Shown here: positions 33,990 to 42,322 of the stretch, piece after piece
Layout of the letters: each line of letters opens with the position of its first letter
Position numbering within the stretch: the first letter of the stretch is position 1
Virus record (IMG/VR): IMGVR_UViG_3300020258_000011
Span: 1 to 42,408 of that record
Reading direction: 5' to 3' (one strand)
Source: a virus
Lineage: Duplodnaviria; Caudoviricetes
Length of the DNA stretch: 42,408 bases
The notes under the pieces: generated by a model
Databases searched by the model: none
What the model was told of the DNA's origin: nothing
What the model saw: only the letters and a program-made list of their open reading frames with translations
Made by a program: the position numbers and the translations under genes

Positions 33990-34389
33990 TAGAGTAGTTG
34001 ATGGTGATACCATTGATGTAACTATTGATCTTGGATTTGATCTCTTTAAGAAGGAGAGAGTCAGAGTTGCTGGTGTTGATACTCCTGAGAAACGTACAAG
34101 AAATCTAGAGGAGAAAGAACTTGGAATTGACGCAACCTACTGGCTCAAAGAGAAATTGGAAGGTGCTGTGGCTGGTGATGATGAGCTCACTGTTAGGACT
34201 GAACTTGTTGGTGGCGTCGGTAAATATGGCCGTCTTCTTGGTTGGTTATACATTGGGGACTCAGACTTGTCCCTCAATGAGCAAATGATTGTAGAGGGTT
34301 ATGCTCATGCTTATGATGGTGGAACAAAGAACATGGATCTTGAAGCACTAAAAGAGATTAGAAGGGCACACGGAACACTGGTGGATTGA
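33928..34389 (+). CDS. Thermonuclease (SNase-like) family nuclease
   Basis: VVDGDTID, R.AGVDTPE, GKYGRLL; AAGGAGG SD. Confidence 0.85.
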   Translation: MGAMTPPSRKSCYNFRVVEINRVVDGDTIDVTIDLGFDLFKKERVRVAGVDTPEKRTRNLEEKELGIDATYWLKEKLEGAVAGDDELTVRTELVGGVGKYGRLLGWLYIGDSDLSLNEQMIVEGYAHAYDGGTKNMDLEALKEIRRAHGTLVD

Positions 34390-34394
34390 TTATT

Positions 34395-34475
34395 ATGTTG
34401 AGTGGTCTTTTTGTATTTTCATTTGTTATTTTACTGTGTATTACTATGGAACTAACCTGGACTAGGAGATCATAA
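34395..34475 (+). CDS. 26-aa hydrophobic peptide
   Basis: MLSGLFVFSFVILLCITMELTW; TAATG-coupled. Confidence 0.45.
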   Translation: MLSGLFVFSFVILLCITMELTWTRRS

Positions 34476-34684
34476 TGGCAGCACTTTACAGTTTTTACAT
34501 CACATCAGCAGTCATCTTATTAATGTTTGCTTATGCTGGGTATGAGGAGACAATGAGATTCTTCTCATACTTGAACTTACAGATTAGATATTTTCCACTA
34601 AGATTAAAAATTGAGTTTGTTAAGTTTAAACTTAGGAAAGAGCTAGATAGAGATGTGAAACGTTTGATGAAGGGCAGAAAATGA
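34475..34684 (+). CDS. Small membrane protein
   Basis: AGGAG SD; N-terminal TM. Confidence 0.6.
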   Translation: MAALYSFYITSAVILLMFAYAGYEETMRFFSYLNLQIRYFPLRLKIEFVKFKLRKELDRDVKRLMKGRK

Positions 34685-34842
34685 TTAGTCCTATGAGTTG
34701 TGTTAAGAACACAAGAAAAGTTTATGATAGACAACTTGAACAAGTAATCACTGAGGTTCAAGTTCAGTTTGACAATGAGCATCCTGCATGGATCCCATAC
34801 ACAACACTTCTTTCTATTGAGAAATTAAAATGCAAAAAATAA
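34681..34842 (+). CDS. Hypothetical protein (53 aa)
   Basis: ATGA-coupled; EVQVQF....PAWIPY.TL. Confidence 0.55.
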   Translation: MISPMSCVKNTRKVYDRQLEQVITEVQVQFDNEHPAWIPYTTLLSIEKLKCKK

Positions 34843-35060
34843 TTAATGGTGTAGCACTGTTCTCTGGTGTAGTATCTCTTGGTATTGTTGTTGGTGGATC
34901 ACTTCTTTATTTCAATAAAGATAACATTGTAGAAGGTGCTAAGGCACAGATTGCTGCATCAATCACAGCATCTATTCAAAATGCTTTACCAGGCATTGTG
35001 GATGCATCTGTGCCAGTTATCCCTGAAACAACTGGTCCTGCTATCCCCACATTCAGATGA
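34830..35060 (+). CDS. Membrane-anchored small protein
   Basis: N-terminal TM helix. Confidence 0.7.
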   Translation: MQKIINGVALFSGVVSLGIVVGGSLLYFNKDNIVEGAKAQIAASITASIQNALPGIVDASVPVIPETTGPAIPTFR

Positions 35061-35635
35061 CTCCTAAATCTCCCCTTAAGTGGTTTGCTATTGCTGTTGG
35101 TGGAACTGTGGCTGTTGCCCATATTGGCATCCTAGGTCACATTCTAAACCAAGATACTGGAGTAGCACAAACACCAACAATCAATATCCCTAGAGGTCCT
35201 TATTCATCTTATAGCATAAGAGCAGGTAAGGATGGATATGAGATTGAATATAGAGCAAATGATCCTACTATTCTAGAATCAGAAAGGACATTGGATCTAG
35301 ATCATGAAAGAAGAGGGTTGTTTGGGGGAGGAAGAGAACAAAGAACTGAAACCAGAAGAGATCAGTATACAATGGATGGTGTTAGGAATATAGGAGGTGA
35401 AATAGGTGAAGTGGGAAAGATCGCAAGTGTGAGCGCAGAGTGTATAGCGGCGGACGCTGGAGCACGATCTCAAGGTGCAATGGCAGGAACTAGTATTGCT
35501 GCTGGTGTTATTGTCCCTGCTGTTTCCAATATTCCTTATGTTGGGTGGTTAGCAAGTGGATGGGCTCTGTTGCTAGGACAACAAGCAGGTAGTTATGTTG
35601 GTGGTGAAGTAGGTTCTATCTTTAATGATTGCTAA
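35057..35635 (+). CDS. Membrane protein with a glycine-zipper-like C-terminus
   Basis: N-terminal TM; G/A-rich hydrophobic C-terminus; internal G_GGA_AAG site. Confidence 0.75.
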   Translation: MTPKSPLKWFAIAVGGTVAVAHIGILGHILNQDTGVAQTPTINIPRGPYSSYSIRAGKDGYEIEYRANDPTILESERTLDLDHERRGLFGGGREQRTETRRDQYTMDGVRNIGGEIGEVGKIASVSAECIAADAGARSQGAMAGTSIAAGVIVPAVSNIPYVGWLASGWALLLGQQAGSYVGGEVGSIFNDC

Positions 35636-36420
35636 TGGAAATAGGGGACATTCAAGTTAGAAATTTAGACATTCCTGATATACCAGTATTATTGTCTAAT
35701 CCATCTACAGCATTGCCACCTATCCCTCCTGTGGTTTTGGATATTGGTATACCTGTTGTAGATATGCCTGGTTGTATAGAGGCACATGAAAGTAACAGTA
35801 AATCAAATACGGTAGGTCAAGATGACGAAAATGGATTGGTTACGTATTGTGACGCTGATGTTCCCAGTTTTAATCCTATTTCTTATGAACCTGAAAACTT
35901 AGTCATCACAAGACCAACTCCTGTACCTAAAACAGATACAACTCCAGAACCAGAAGTAAACCCCAATATACCAAAGGCAGAGACACCACCAATACCTACC
36001 ATTCCAGATTGTCCTACTGATGTGCAGAAAGCACAAGAACCTGTAGGAACATATATTAATGGATACAGAGATAAGGTCACTGAGTATAAGTTAATTGATA
36101 ATATCTGTGTTCAAATCACAGAACCTGTACCCATCCCAGAGCAAGTATTAGTTGGTCTTCCTAGTGGAGGTCAGGTGGCACAGGTAGGTGGTATTGCTGT
36201 GATTGCAACTACATCTGCACTTCTTGCTAAACCATTAGCAGATATTCTTTTGAAAGCTGTCAAACCAGCAGTCAAGAAAATAATGAAAAAGATTGCTACT
36301 ATTAGGAAGAAACCTATTCCTGTGAAGTCGTCAGGGGAGCGCCGAGCAGAGCAGCGTCAGATGAACCACGCTGTGAAGGAACTGAGGTCTGTGTTCCCAA
36401 GGAAGAAGAAGAAGGGATAG
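35629..36420 (+). CDS. Pro-rich protein with C-terminal hydrophobic and basic segments
   Basis: Long ORF with paired Cys; overlaps a convergent gene by 107 nt. Confidence 0.75.
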   Translation: MLMEIGDIQVRNLDIPDIPVLLSNPSTALPPIPPVVLDIGIPVVDMPGCIEAHESNSKSNTVGQDDENGLVTYCDADVPSFNPISYEPENLVITRPTPVPKTDTTPEPEVNPNIPKAETPPIPTIPDCPTDVQKAQEPVGTYINGYRDKVTEYKLIDNICVQITEPVPIPEQVLVGLPSGGQVAQVGGIAVIATTSALLAKPLADILLKAVKPAVKKIMKKIATIRKKPIPVKSSGERRAEQRQMNHAVKELRSVFPRKKKKG

Positions 36421-37198
36421 GGTGAGTGTGAGGAACCATAAAGTTCACTCCTCTAACTTGTACATCAGCACATATCCTTGCATACTTTGTGCCAGGTGCA
36501 AATCTGATTCCTGCCTTTAACAACTCACCACAGTTCTTAAGTCTTGCAATCTCAAAGTCCAATCTCTTATTGGCAGTTGTTTGTTGCACTAATGCAATGT
36601 TAGATGATGCTGCTTCTTTACAGAGTTGTTGTAACTTCTTATCAGTGGGTCTACTCCATGTCATTGAGAAACCTGCTGACAAGTTGTAGTTATCCTTCTG
36701 TCCTGTTCTAGTGGGTTGTTGCCATAAAATGGAACCTGGATTATCTGGTGCTCCATCTTCATTCAAATCTCTCATGTCATACACAGGTTCATTGTAATAG
36801 GGTTCCCAAGGTTTTTGTTGAGAAACACTACCTGTTACAAAGGGTGTGAAATTTAATGTGGGACCTTGACATTGTATTCCATTTCCATACGTATTGGTAA
36901 TGTAGGGTCCTTGAAGGACTTGAATGGCTTGGTTGGTAACAGAGCCAGAGCTATTAGCGACGGGAGAAGCAGTAGCAGACACACCACCAACAGTTTCTGC
37001 AATAGAGTGTGAAGGTAATACTGCACTTAAGATTACTGGGAGAAGATAGAAACTGTATCTGTGACGCTTTGTATTTCTGTTTCTCTTTGAATAATTGTGT
37101 GTTGACTTAAACCTGGGCCTTGATAAGTTTCTGTGAACTGAAATGCTGCCCCTGGTGTTGTCTGTGTGAATGTTGGTCTTCTGTTGATTCCTGTCCAT
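36314..37198 (-). CDS. Secreted hypothetical protein; start uncertain
   Basis: Signal-peptide-like segment YLLPVILSAVLPSHSIA; paired Cys. Confidence 0.7.
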   Translation of the reverse strand: MDRNQQKTNIHTDNTRGSISVHRNLSRPRFKSTHNYSKRNRNTKRHRYSFYLLPVILSAVLPSHSIAETVGGVSATASPVANSSGSVTNQAIQVLQGPYITNTYGNGIQCQGPTLNFTPFVTGSVSQQKPWEPYYNEPVYDMRDLNEDGAPDNPGSILWQQPTRTGQKDNYNLSAGFSMTWSRPTDKKLQQLCKEAASSNIALVQQTTANKRLDFEIARLKNCGELLKAGIRFAPGTKYARICADVQVRGVNFMVPHTHPIPSSSSLGTQTSVPSQRGSSDAALLGAPLTTSQE

Positions 37199-37470
37199 GA
37201 TGAGGTCACTCCATCAATAGTTACATTAGTTGATCCAGTACCAGGGGAAAGATTACCTGATGCTGATATGCCACTTCCTGTAGCAGAGTATTGATACCCT
37301 GTATTATAGTCCATGCTATTAATAGTTTCAGTTACCTTAGAAGTGGTTTCCGTGTGGCTCGTCATTGAGCCTTGGGTGAAGTTTGGGATAACAGGGACTG
37401 CCTTCACTGACAGTCCACTCATCATACTTAAGATCAATCCAAGACTAAATGCCTTTGTTAATCCATTCAT
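37033..37470 (-). CDS. Secreted S/T/G-rich beta protein
   Basis: Signal peptide ending VKA. Confidence 0.75.
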   Translation of the reverse strand: MNGLTKAFSLGLILSMMSGLSVKAVPVIPNFTQGSMTSHTETTSKVTETINSMDYNTGYQYSATGSGISASGNLSPGTGSTNVTIDGVTSSWTGINRRPTFTQTTPGAAFQFTETYQGPGLSQHTIIQRETEIQSVTDTVSIFSQ

Positions 37471-37482
37471 ATTTACCCCAGT

Positions 37483-37974
37483 TTACTTTACAGTAATTTC
37501 TGTAACAAATTGTCCTGTAGCACTAGTGCCTGCGCCTCCAGCTGTCAATGCCATAGTCCCAGCAGTATTGAGAGTACCAGCGAGAGACCCAGCCACACCG
37601 CCAGCAGTGGTTGTGACACTTCCAAACGCGGGCAAGGAGGCAGCCACACCACTAGTGATGGCTGTATTTCCTGGTATTGCGTCTCCCTGATTAAAGGACT
37701 CGGACAGTGTAAATGCACTTCCTGCTGTGGTTTGGGCATAAGTACCTTCACTTAAGGTAGCAGCGGCAGTTGCACTACTAGGGGCAGTAAGACCACCCAT
37801 AGTAGAAGCAGTAATATTACTACCACTGACTGAATAAGTACTTCCAAGTCTGGTGGCTTGAGAAGCAGCAGCATCAACTGTAAGTTGAACACTAGTTGAA
37901 ATCTTATGTGTAAGATCGGCATTTGCAGGTGCCGCCATCAAAAACATACCCAAAAGCAAACTAGCTTTTCTCAT
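37483..37974 (-). CDS. Secreted A/S/T/G-rich beta protein
   Basis: Signal peptide ending ANA; CTAAATA late motif upstream on the minus strand. Confidence 0.8.
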   Translation of the reverse strand: MRKASLLLGMFLMAAPANADLTHKISTSVQLTVDAAASQATRLGSTYSVSGSNITASTMGGLTAPSSATAAATLSEGTYAQTTAGSAFTLSESFNQGDAIPGNTAITSGVAASLPAFGSVTTTAGGVAGSLAGTLNTAGTMALTAGGAGTSATGQFVTEITVK

Positions 37975-38097
37975 TTGATTCCTAATACACGCATATATTT
38001 AGAATATGTATTTTTGAAACACTTGTCTTTGTATCCTGGCAAACATCTTAAATTTGTATAAAGTGTATTAAATAGTATATCCCTCTCACTTTTAAAA

Positions 38098-38355
38098 ATG
38101 GAAGACAAAGAATTCTCTGATTTTAAGATGGAGAGAATTGAATGTCCAAAATGTGGAGCAACTTGGTTGAATGGTCAACATTATTGGAAGACAGGGCGTG
38201 TGGGTGACACCAAAGCTTTGTCAAACTTAGTTTGTGGAGTAGCACCAGGGCCAGGTTGTATCAATGAGGATCACAAAGAAGGTCATGTGTATGGTGAAGC
38301 AGACACCTGGCAAAAGAGAGCACAATTTATTAACAGATGGTATGAGGAAAGGTGA
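38098..38355 (+). CDS. Small CxxC protein
   Basis: CPKC plus two further Cys. Confidence 0.7.
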   Translation: MEDKEFSDFKMERIECPKCGATWLNGQHYWKTGRVGDTKALSNLVCGVAPGPGCINEDHKEGHVYGEADTWQKRAQFINRWYEER

Positions 38356-38510
38356 TGCCTAGAGGACCCATTACAAGATATGAAATCCAAGCAAAACTTT
38401 TTAAGTTAAAGGATGAACTCAAAGTAGAAAACGCACCATCAGAATTTAAGTACCTTGCTGACCAGTATCTAAATAAGGTATTAGATTACGTAGAGCAGTT
38501 TAGATACTAA
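38355..38510 (+). CDS. Hypothetical protein (51 aa)
   Basis: Coupled at both ends (TGATG, TAATG). Confidence 0.6.
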   Translation: MPRGPITRYEIQAKLFKLKDELKVENAPSEFKYLADQYLNKVLDYVEQFRY

Positions 38511-39058
38511 TGTCTTGCAGGTCAGCAATACTTATAGATAACTTTCTGTCACAAGATAAGTTTGATGAGGTAACATCTCTTGTTACAGCATCACCTTATT
38601 ATACAAGTGGCAACTTTGAGGAACCAAGGGATGAACTCTGTAGAAAAGTCAGAGGATATGTTCTTGCAAGACTTAAAGAGATAGGTCTATATCAACCTCA
38701 CTTTGATGAGGCAGCAGAGTTGTTTGGATACAATCAATTCAGACCAGCAGACTATGGACATGGAAATATGAATGGACCCCATTCAGATAATGGTGGGTAT
38801 GTGTTCTATATTCACCCAGACTGGGATGAAGAATGGGATGGAAGATTGACTATCACTAATGCAGTAGAAGAAGAGCACAAGAATATCTTTGCCAAACCAA
38901 ACAGGTTTATCTGGATAGAACCATCTACCCTACATGATGTATCAACAACTTCAAAAGATACAACTCATGCAAGAGTAACCAACATTGCCTTTATGGGTGG
39001 GAACATTCATACAAACCCCATCAACACTGACTACATAAATATTTTTACGACTATCTGA
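38510..39058 (+). CDS. 2OG-Fe(II) oxygenase
   Basis: IDNFL, H.D, W...W.G.L, PNR, H.V, R. Confidence 0.8.
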   Translation: MSCRSAILIDNFLSQDKFDEVTSLVTASPYYTSGNFEEPRDELCRKVRGYVLARLKEIGLYQPHFDEAAELFGYNQFRPADYGHGNMNGPHSDNGGYVFYIHPDWDEEWDGRLTITNAVEEEHKNIFAKPNRFIWIEPSTLHDVSTTSKDTTHARVTNIAFMGGNIHTNPINTDYINIFTTI

Positions 39059-39068
39059 CCCTAGTTCT

Positions 39069-42000
39069 GTGAATAGATATAGTAAGTTAATTAAGACTTT
39101 AAAAGAAGCACCTACTAACAGTATGGGTGGTCTTTATGCGGTGAATCCACCAGGGTTTCGTGTGAGTGGTAGAGATAGAGAGAAAAGATTTCTTCCTGAT
39201 ATTGATGGCAACTTCACTGATGGCATTCCAGGCAATCCAGGTGACCCATTCTATTTGAGACCAGAAGGTTATTGGAATGGTGGGAATGATTGGCAAACAG
39301 AGCAGATTCCAGATGCCACACAGGACTACTTAATTGATGACCCAACAGGAAAGAGTACAGGAGATTTGATTGCAGAAGATGGCACTGTAAAGACTTTCCT
39401 CCCACCCAACAGCAGACATTTTATTCTTGGACCACTAGTTGATGGGTATGTTCAAAACCACGGATACGATAATTATTCAAACATTGGGTATCTTCAAAAA
39501 GATACAAGACAATTTGTATTGCTAGCAAGAATTCAAGGGCAGTTTACTGCTGACTTACATCAAGAAGGAGCAAGAGTTTGGGATGGGACTGAAGGACAAC
39601 TGACAATCTTTAACTCTAACTTTACTCTTGCTATGGCAGAGTGGTTTAGGGATCAAGTTACTGCTGGCACTTTCACTGAAAACGTTCCTTATTTTTATAG
39701 TGGTGGTGTGCCTCAACAACCTATTAGTGGTGGTCCAAGTTGTCCCAACTGTGCGCCCAATATGTTTGGTGGTGTTGGTGCTGGTACACCAAAAGCAGGT
39801 GGTGGTTTTGGTCAGGGTGGTCCTGGACCCAAACTAGGTTCACCACAAGGTCCACCTAATGCAACTGGACCAGATGGAGCTGGATATCCTTGGGGTCCAA
39901 GTCCAACACAAACAGGTCCAACATCAGAAACATCAACAAACAATAAACCAAAAGGAAGTCTCCTAGCAGGATTTGCTGCGATTGATGGTGCTTACACTTC
40001 CAGTCTAGGGGTTGAGGCACTTGCTTTGGGATTTGCTGGTGTTGCTTGGTTAGGAACACAACTTTATAATGCTTTAGCATCAGTTGTTGGTGGTTTAATA
40101 TCCAGTTATACCTGGACTCCTGAAGAGGAACGTGCTCTAAATGCTTATGCATCACAGAAAGCACAGCAGGGATCACAAACTATGTCTGCTGAACTTTCCA
40201 ATGAGCAGTGGGAGAGACAAGCAGAAGCAGGTAGATTACAAGATCAAGCTGACGCAAAAGAGGCAAATGAGAGAGTAGAAAGAACTGAAGAGCAAGTTAA
40301 AGAAGCAAAGACACCAGAACAAAAAGCAAGAGCAGAAGAAGCATTAGAAAATGCACTTAAAAATAAAAAACGTGTTACTGATAACAATACTAGAAATAGA
40401 CAGCAGAGATCAAAAGAAAGGAGAGCAAGAGGACTGAACAATCCAGGTGGCATTCAGGGTGGAGGAGAATTGGGGATGTATAACTCCTACACTCCTGCTC
40501 TTAAGTCAGTTCAAAAGATAATCTTTGAACAGGAAGGAGTTACATCTGGTGCTGCTAGTGGTGGAGGATCTGAACCAATTTCTGCTGAACCAGAATCAAA
40601 CTTTGGTGGTGGTGGAAGAGTTGAATATACTACTTCTTTAAATGGAACCATTTCTAGGTTGAAAGGAAATAGTCTTCATTTTGTTTCTGGATATGTTTCA
40701 GGATCAGTTGAATCTGGACCTGAAGCATTAGATGCTATAACCAGAGGAACTAATCTCAGTCAATCAACCATCAAAAGTATGGCTTCTGATATTGATTCTC
40801 AGTGGAAAGAGATGGAATCATTATCAGATAAGTATCTTGAAGTAAGTAATAGGAATAGACCCAAGATTGATTCATTACTAGCTCGAGCATATGCTGCTCC
40901 AGATACTAATGAAGGATTATATGGCATTTACCTTCCTCTGATGCGAAGAGTTGATGCTCTCTATGCAGAATCAGAAGCAGTATTCCAACAACAAATAAGA
41001 GCAGCAGCAAAATGGCACAGTTTAAATAGAAGACTGGGTAGTTATGTTATTAATGGAAGGATTCTAACCAGACAAGAAATTGATCCCTTTTCTCTTGATG
41101 ATCCTAATGTTGGTTCTGAAAAGAACGCAAAGGATAAGGATAAGCAGATTCAAGATCAAATTAATATTTTGATGCAGGAGAATGATGAATTAGAACAAGC
41201 ACAAGCACTTAATAAACTCAAGGCTCTTGGGTGGGGTGCTCTGATGGCAGGTGGTATCATTGTTGGTGCTGCTGTTCTTGCCAAACCAGCAATTGTTGGT
41301 GCTCTTGGATTGGGATTAGTTAGAACTTTGAAAGGTTTAATCAGGACTGCACCCAAATCTAAACCACCTATCAAATATCCATCAAGTCAACCTAAACCAG
41401 ATTCTGGGACAGGTCCTTGGACATCCAGTAGTTACAATCCAAATAAACCTGGTGGTGGTCCTGGAAGAAAAAGATTTCCAGTTGGAGATTCTTATGAACC
41501 CAATAGCAGAAAGAAACTTCTGTCAGAGATTAGAAAACCAGTTCAAATTAAAGAAGGTCCAACTAAGTACAAGATGAACTTTGCAGGTAGGTATTCCTCA
41601 CAGAATACACCTGATAAGACTGGTTCAAATATTTCTGATGACTTGACAATGAAGGCAAATGCCAGAGGTCAGAGATGGAGAGCAGAAGATAAGTATTGGT
41701 CTGGTTATGAGACTACTGAGAAGATGAACATCATTCAGGATAGAACAGGTCATGGTCAGCAAGCCTGGGATCATATTGTTAATGAAAATGCAAACAAAAA
41801 AGATTGGAGAGATGCAGAGATTCAAGAGAAGCTCAATATGATTGCTCATGAAAGAGCAATGTTGAAAGAGAATCCTGATTTCTCAAGTCCCTTTGGTAAT
41901 GTTGATGTATCACCTACAACTACAAAGAATAAAAAGAACTTTGATAAGGTGAATAAAATTAAAAGAGTAATGGCAGATAAGAATACAGAGAAGTTAATGT

Positions 42001-42200
42001 CTCAAATTGCTCCTGAATATCCTTCTAATGCTGTACCACAACCAGATGAAGTAACTAATCTACATCCTAAACTTCAGTCTGGTGAGAATGCTTCTGCTTA
42101 CTACAAGAGATTAGATCCTATCTCTGCTGACTCAATGCCTGATGCTGCTTATCCACAGATTGATGATTTCAAGAATAAGGCTCGAAAGAAAGCTAAGTGA
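39069..42200 (+). CDS. Large modular protein, probable virion/head-internal protein
   Basis: ATAAATA at 39035; G/P-rich linkers, coiled coils, two hydrophobic regions. Confidence 0.75.
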   Translation: MNRYSKLIKTLKEAPTNSMGGLYAVNPPGFRVSGRDREKRFLPDIDGNFTDGIPGNPGDPFYLRPEGYWNGGNDWQTEQIPDATQDYLIDDPTGKSTGDLIAEDGTVKTFLPPNSRHFILGPLVDGYVQNHGYDNYSNIGYLQKDTRQFVLLARIQGQFTADLHQEGARVWDGTEGQLTIFNSNFTLAMAEWFRDQVTAGTFTENVPYFYSGGVPQQPISGGPSCPNCAPNMFGGVGAGTPKAGGGFGQGGPGPKLGSPQGPPNATGPDGAGYPWGPSPTQTGPTSETSTNNKPKGSLLAGFAAIDGAYTSSLGVEALALGFAGVAWLGTQLYNALASVVGGLISSYTWTPEEERALNAYASQKAQQGSQTMSAELSNEQWERQAEAGRLQDQADAKEANERVERTEEQVKEAKTPEQKARAEEALENALKNKKRVTDNNTRNRQQRSKERRARGLNNPGGIQGGGELGMYNSYTPALKSVQKIIFEQEGVTSGAASGGGSEPISAEPESNFGGGGRVEYTTSLNGTISRLKGNSLHFVSGYVSGSVESGPEALDAITRGTNLSQSTIKSMASDIDSQWKEMESLSDKYLEVSNRNRPKIDSLLARAYAAPDTNEGLYGIYLPLMRRVDALYAESEAVFQQQIRAAAKWHSLNRRLGSYVINGRILTRQEIDPFSLDDPNVGSEKNAKDKDKQIQDQINILMQENDELEQAQALNKLKALGWGALMAGGIIVGAAVLAKPAIVGALGLGLVRTLKGLIRTAPKSKPPIKYPSSQPKPDSGTGPWTSSSYNPNKPGGGPGRKRFPVGDSYEPNSRKKLLSEIRKPVQIKEGPTKYKMNFAGRYSSQNTPDKTGSNISDDLTMKANARGQRWRAEDKYWSGYETTEKMNIIQDRTGHGQQAWDHIVNENANKKDWRDAEIQEKLNMIAHERAMLKENPDFSSPFGNVDVSPTTTKNKKNFDKVNKIKRVMADKNTEKLMSQIAPEYPSNAVPQPDEVTNLHPKLQSGENASAYYKRLDPISADSMPDAAYPQIDDFKNKARKKAK

Positions 42201-42256
42201 ACCCTTTCATCCTGGACAAACCTAGTCTAGACAGTTTTTGAACTGGTGTCAAGGGG

Positions 42257-42290
42257 TTGACGATCAGACCCTAATGGGTTAATATAAATA
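42257..42290 (+). promoter_or_regulatory. Overlapping early (TTGACG-17-TAATAT) and late (TATAAATA) promoters
   Basis: Both motifs visible. Confidence 0.7.
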
Positions 42291-42322
42291 CATGGACAGG
42301 TGAGGGTTTCCTCACTTGCCAT

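Noticed and set aside
253-34782. Many minus-strand ORFs in the six-frame track opposite + strand genes
   Set aside because: Antisense shadows of well-supported genes, with no motifs or expression signals seen
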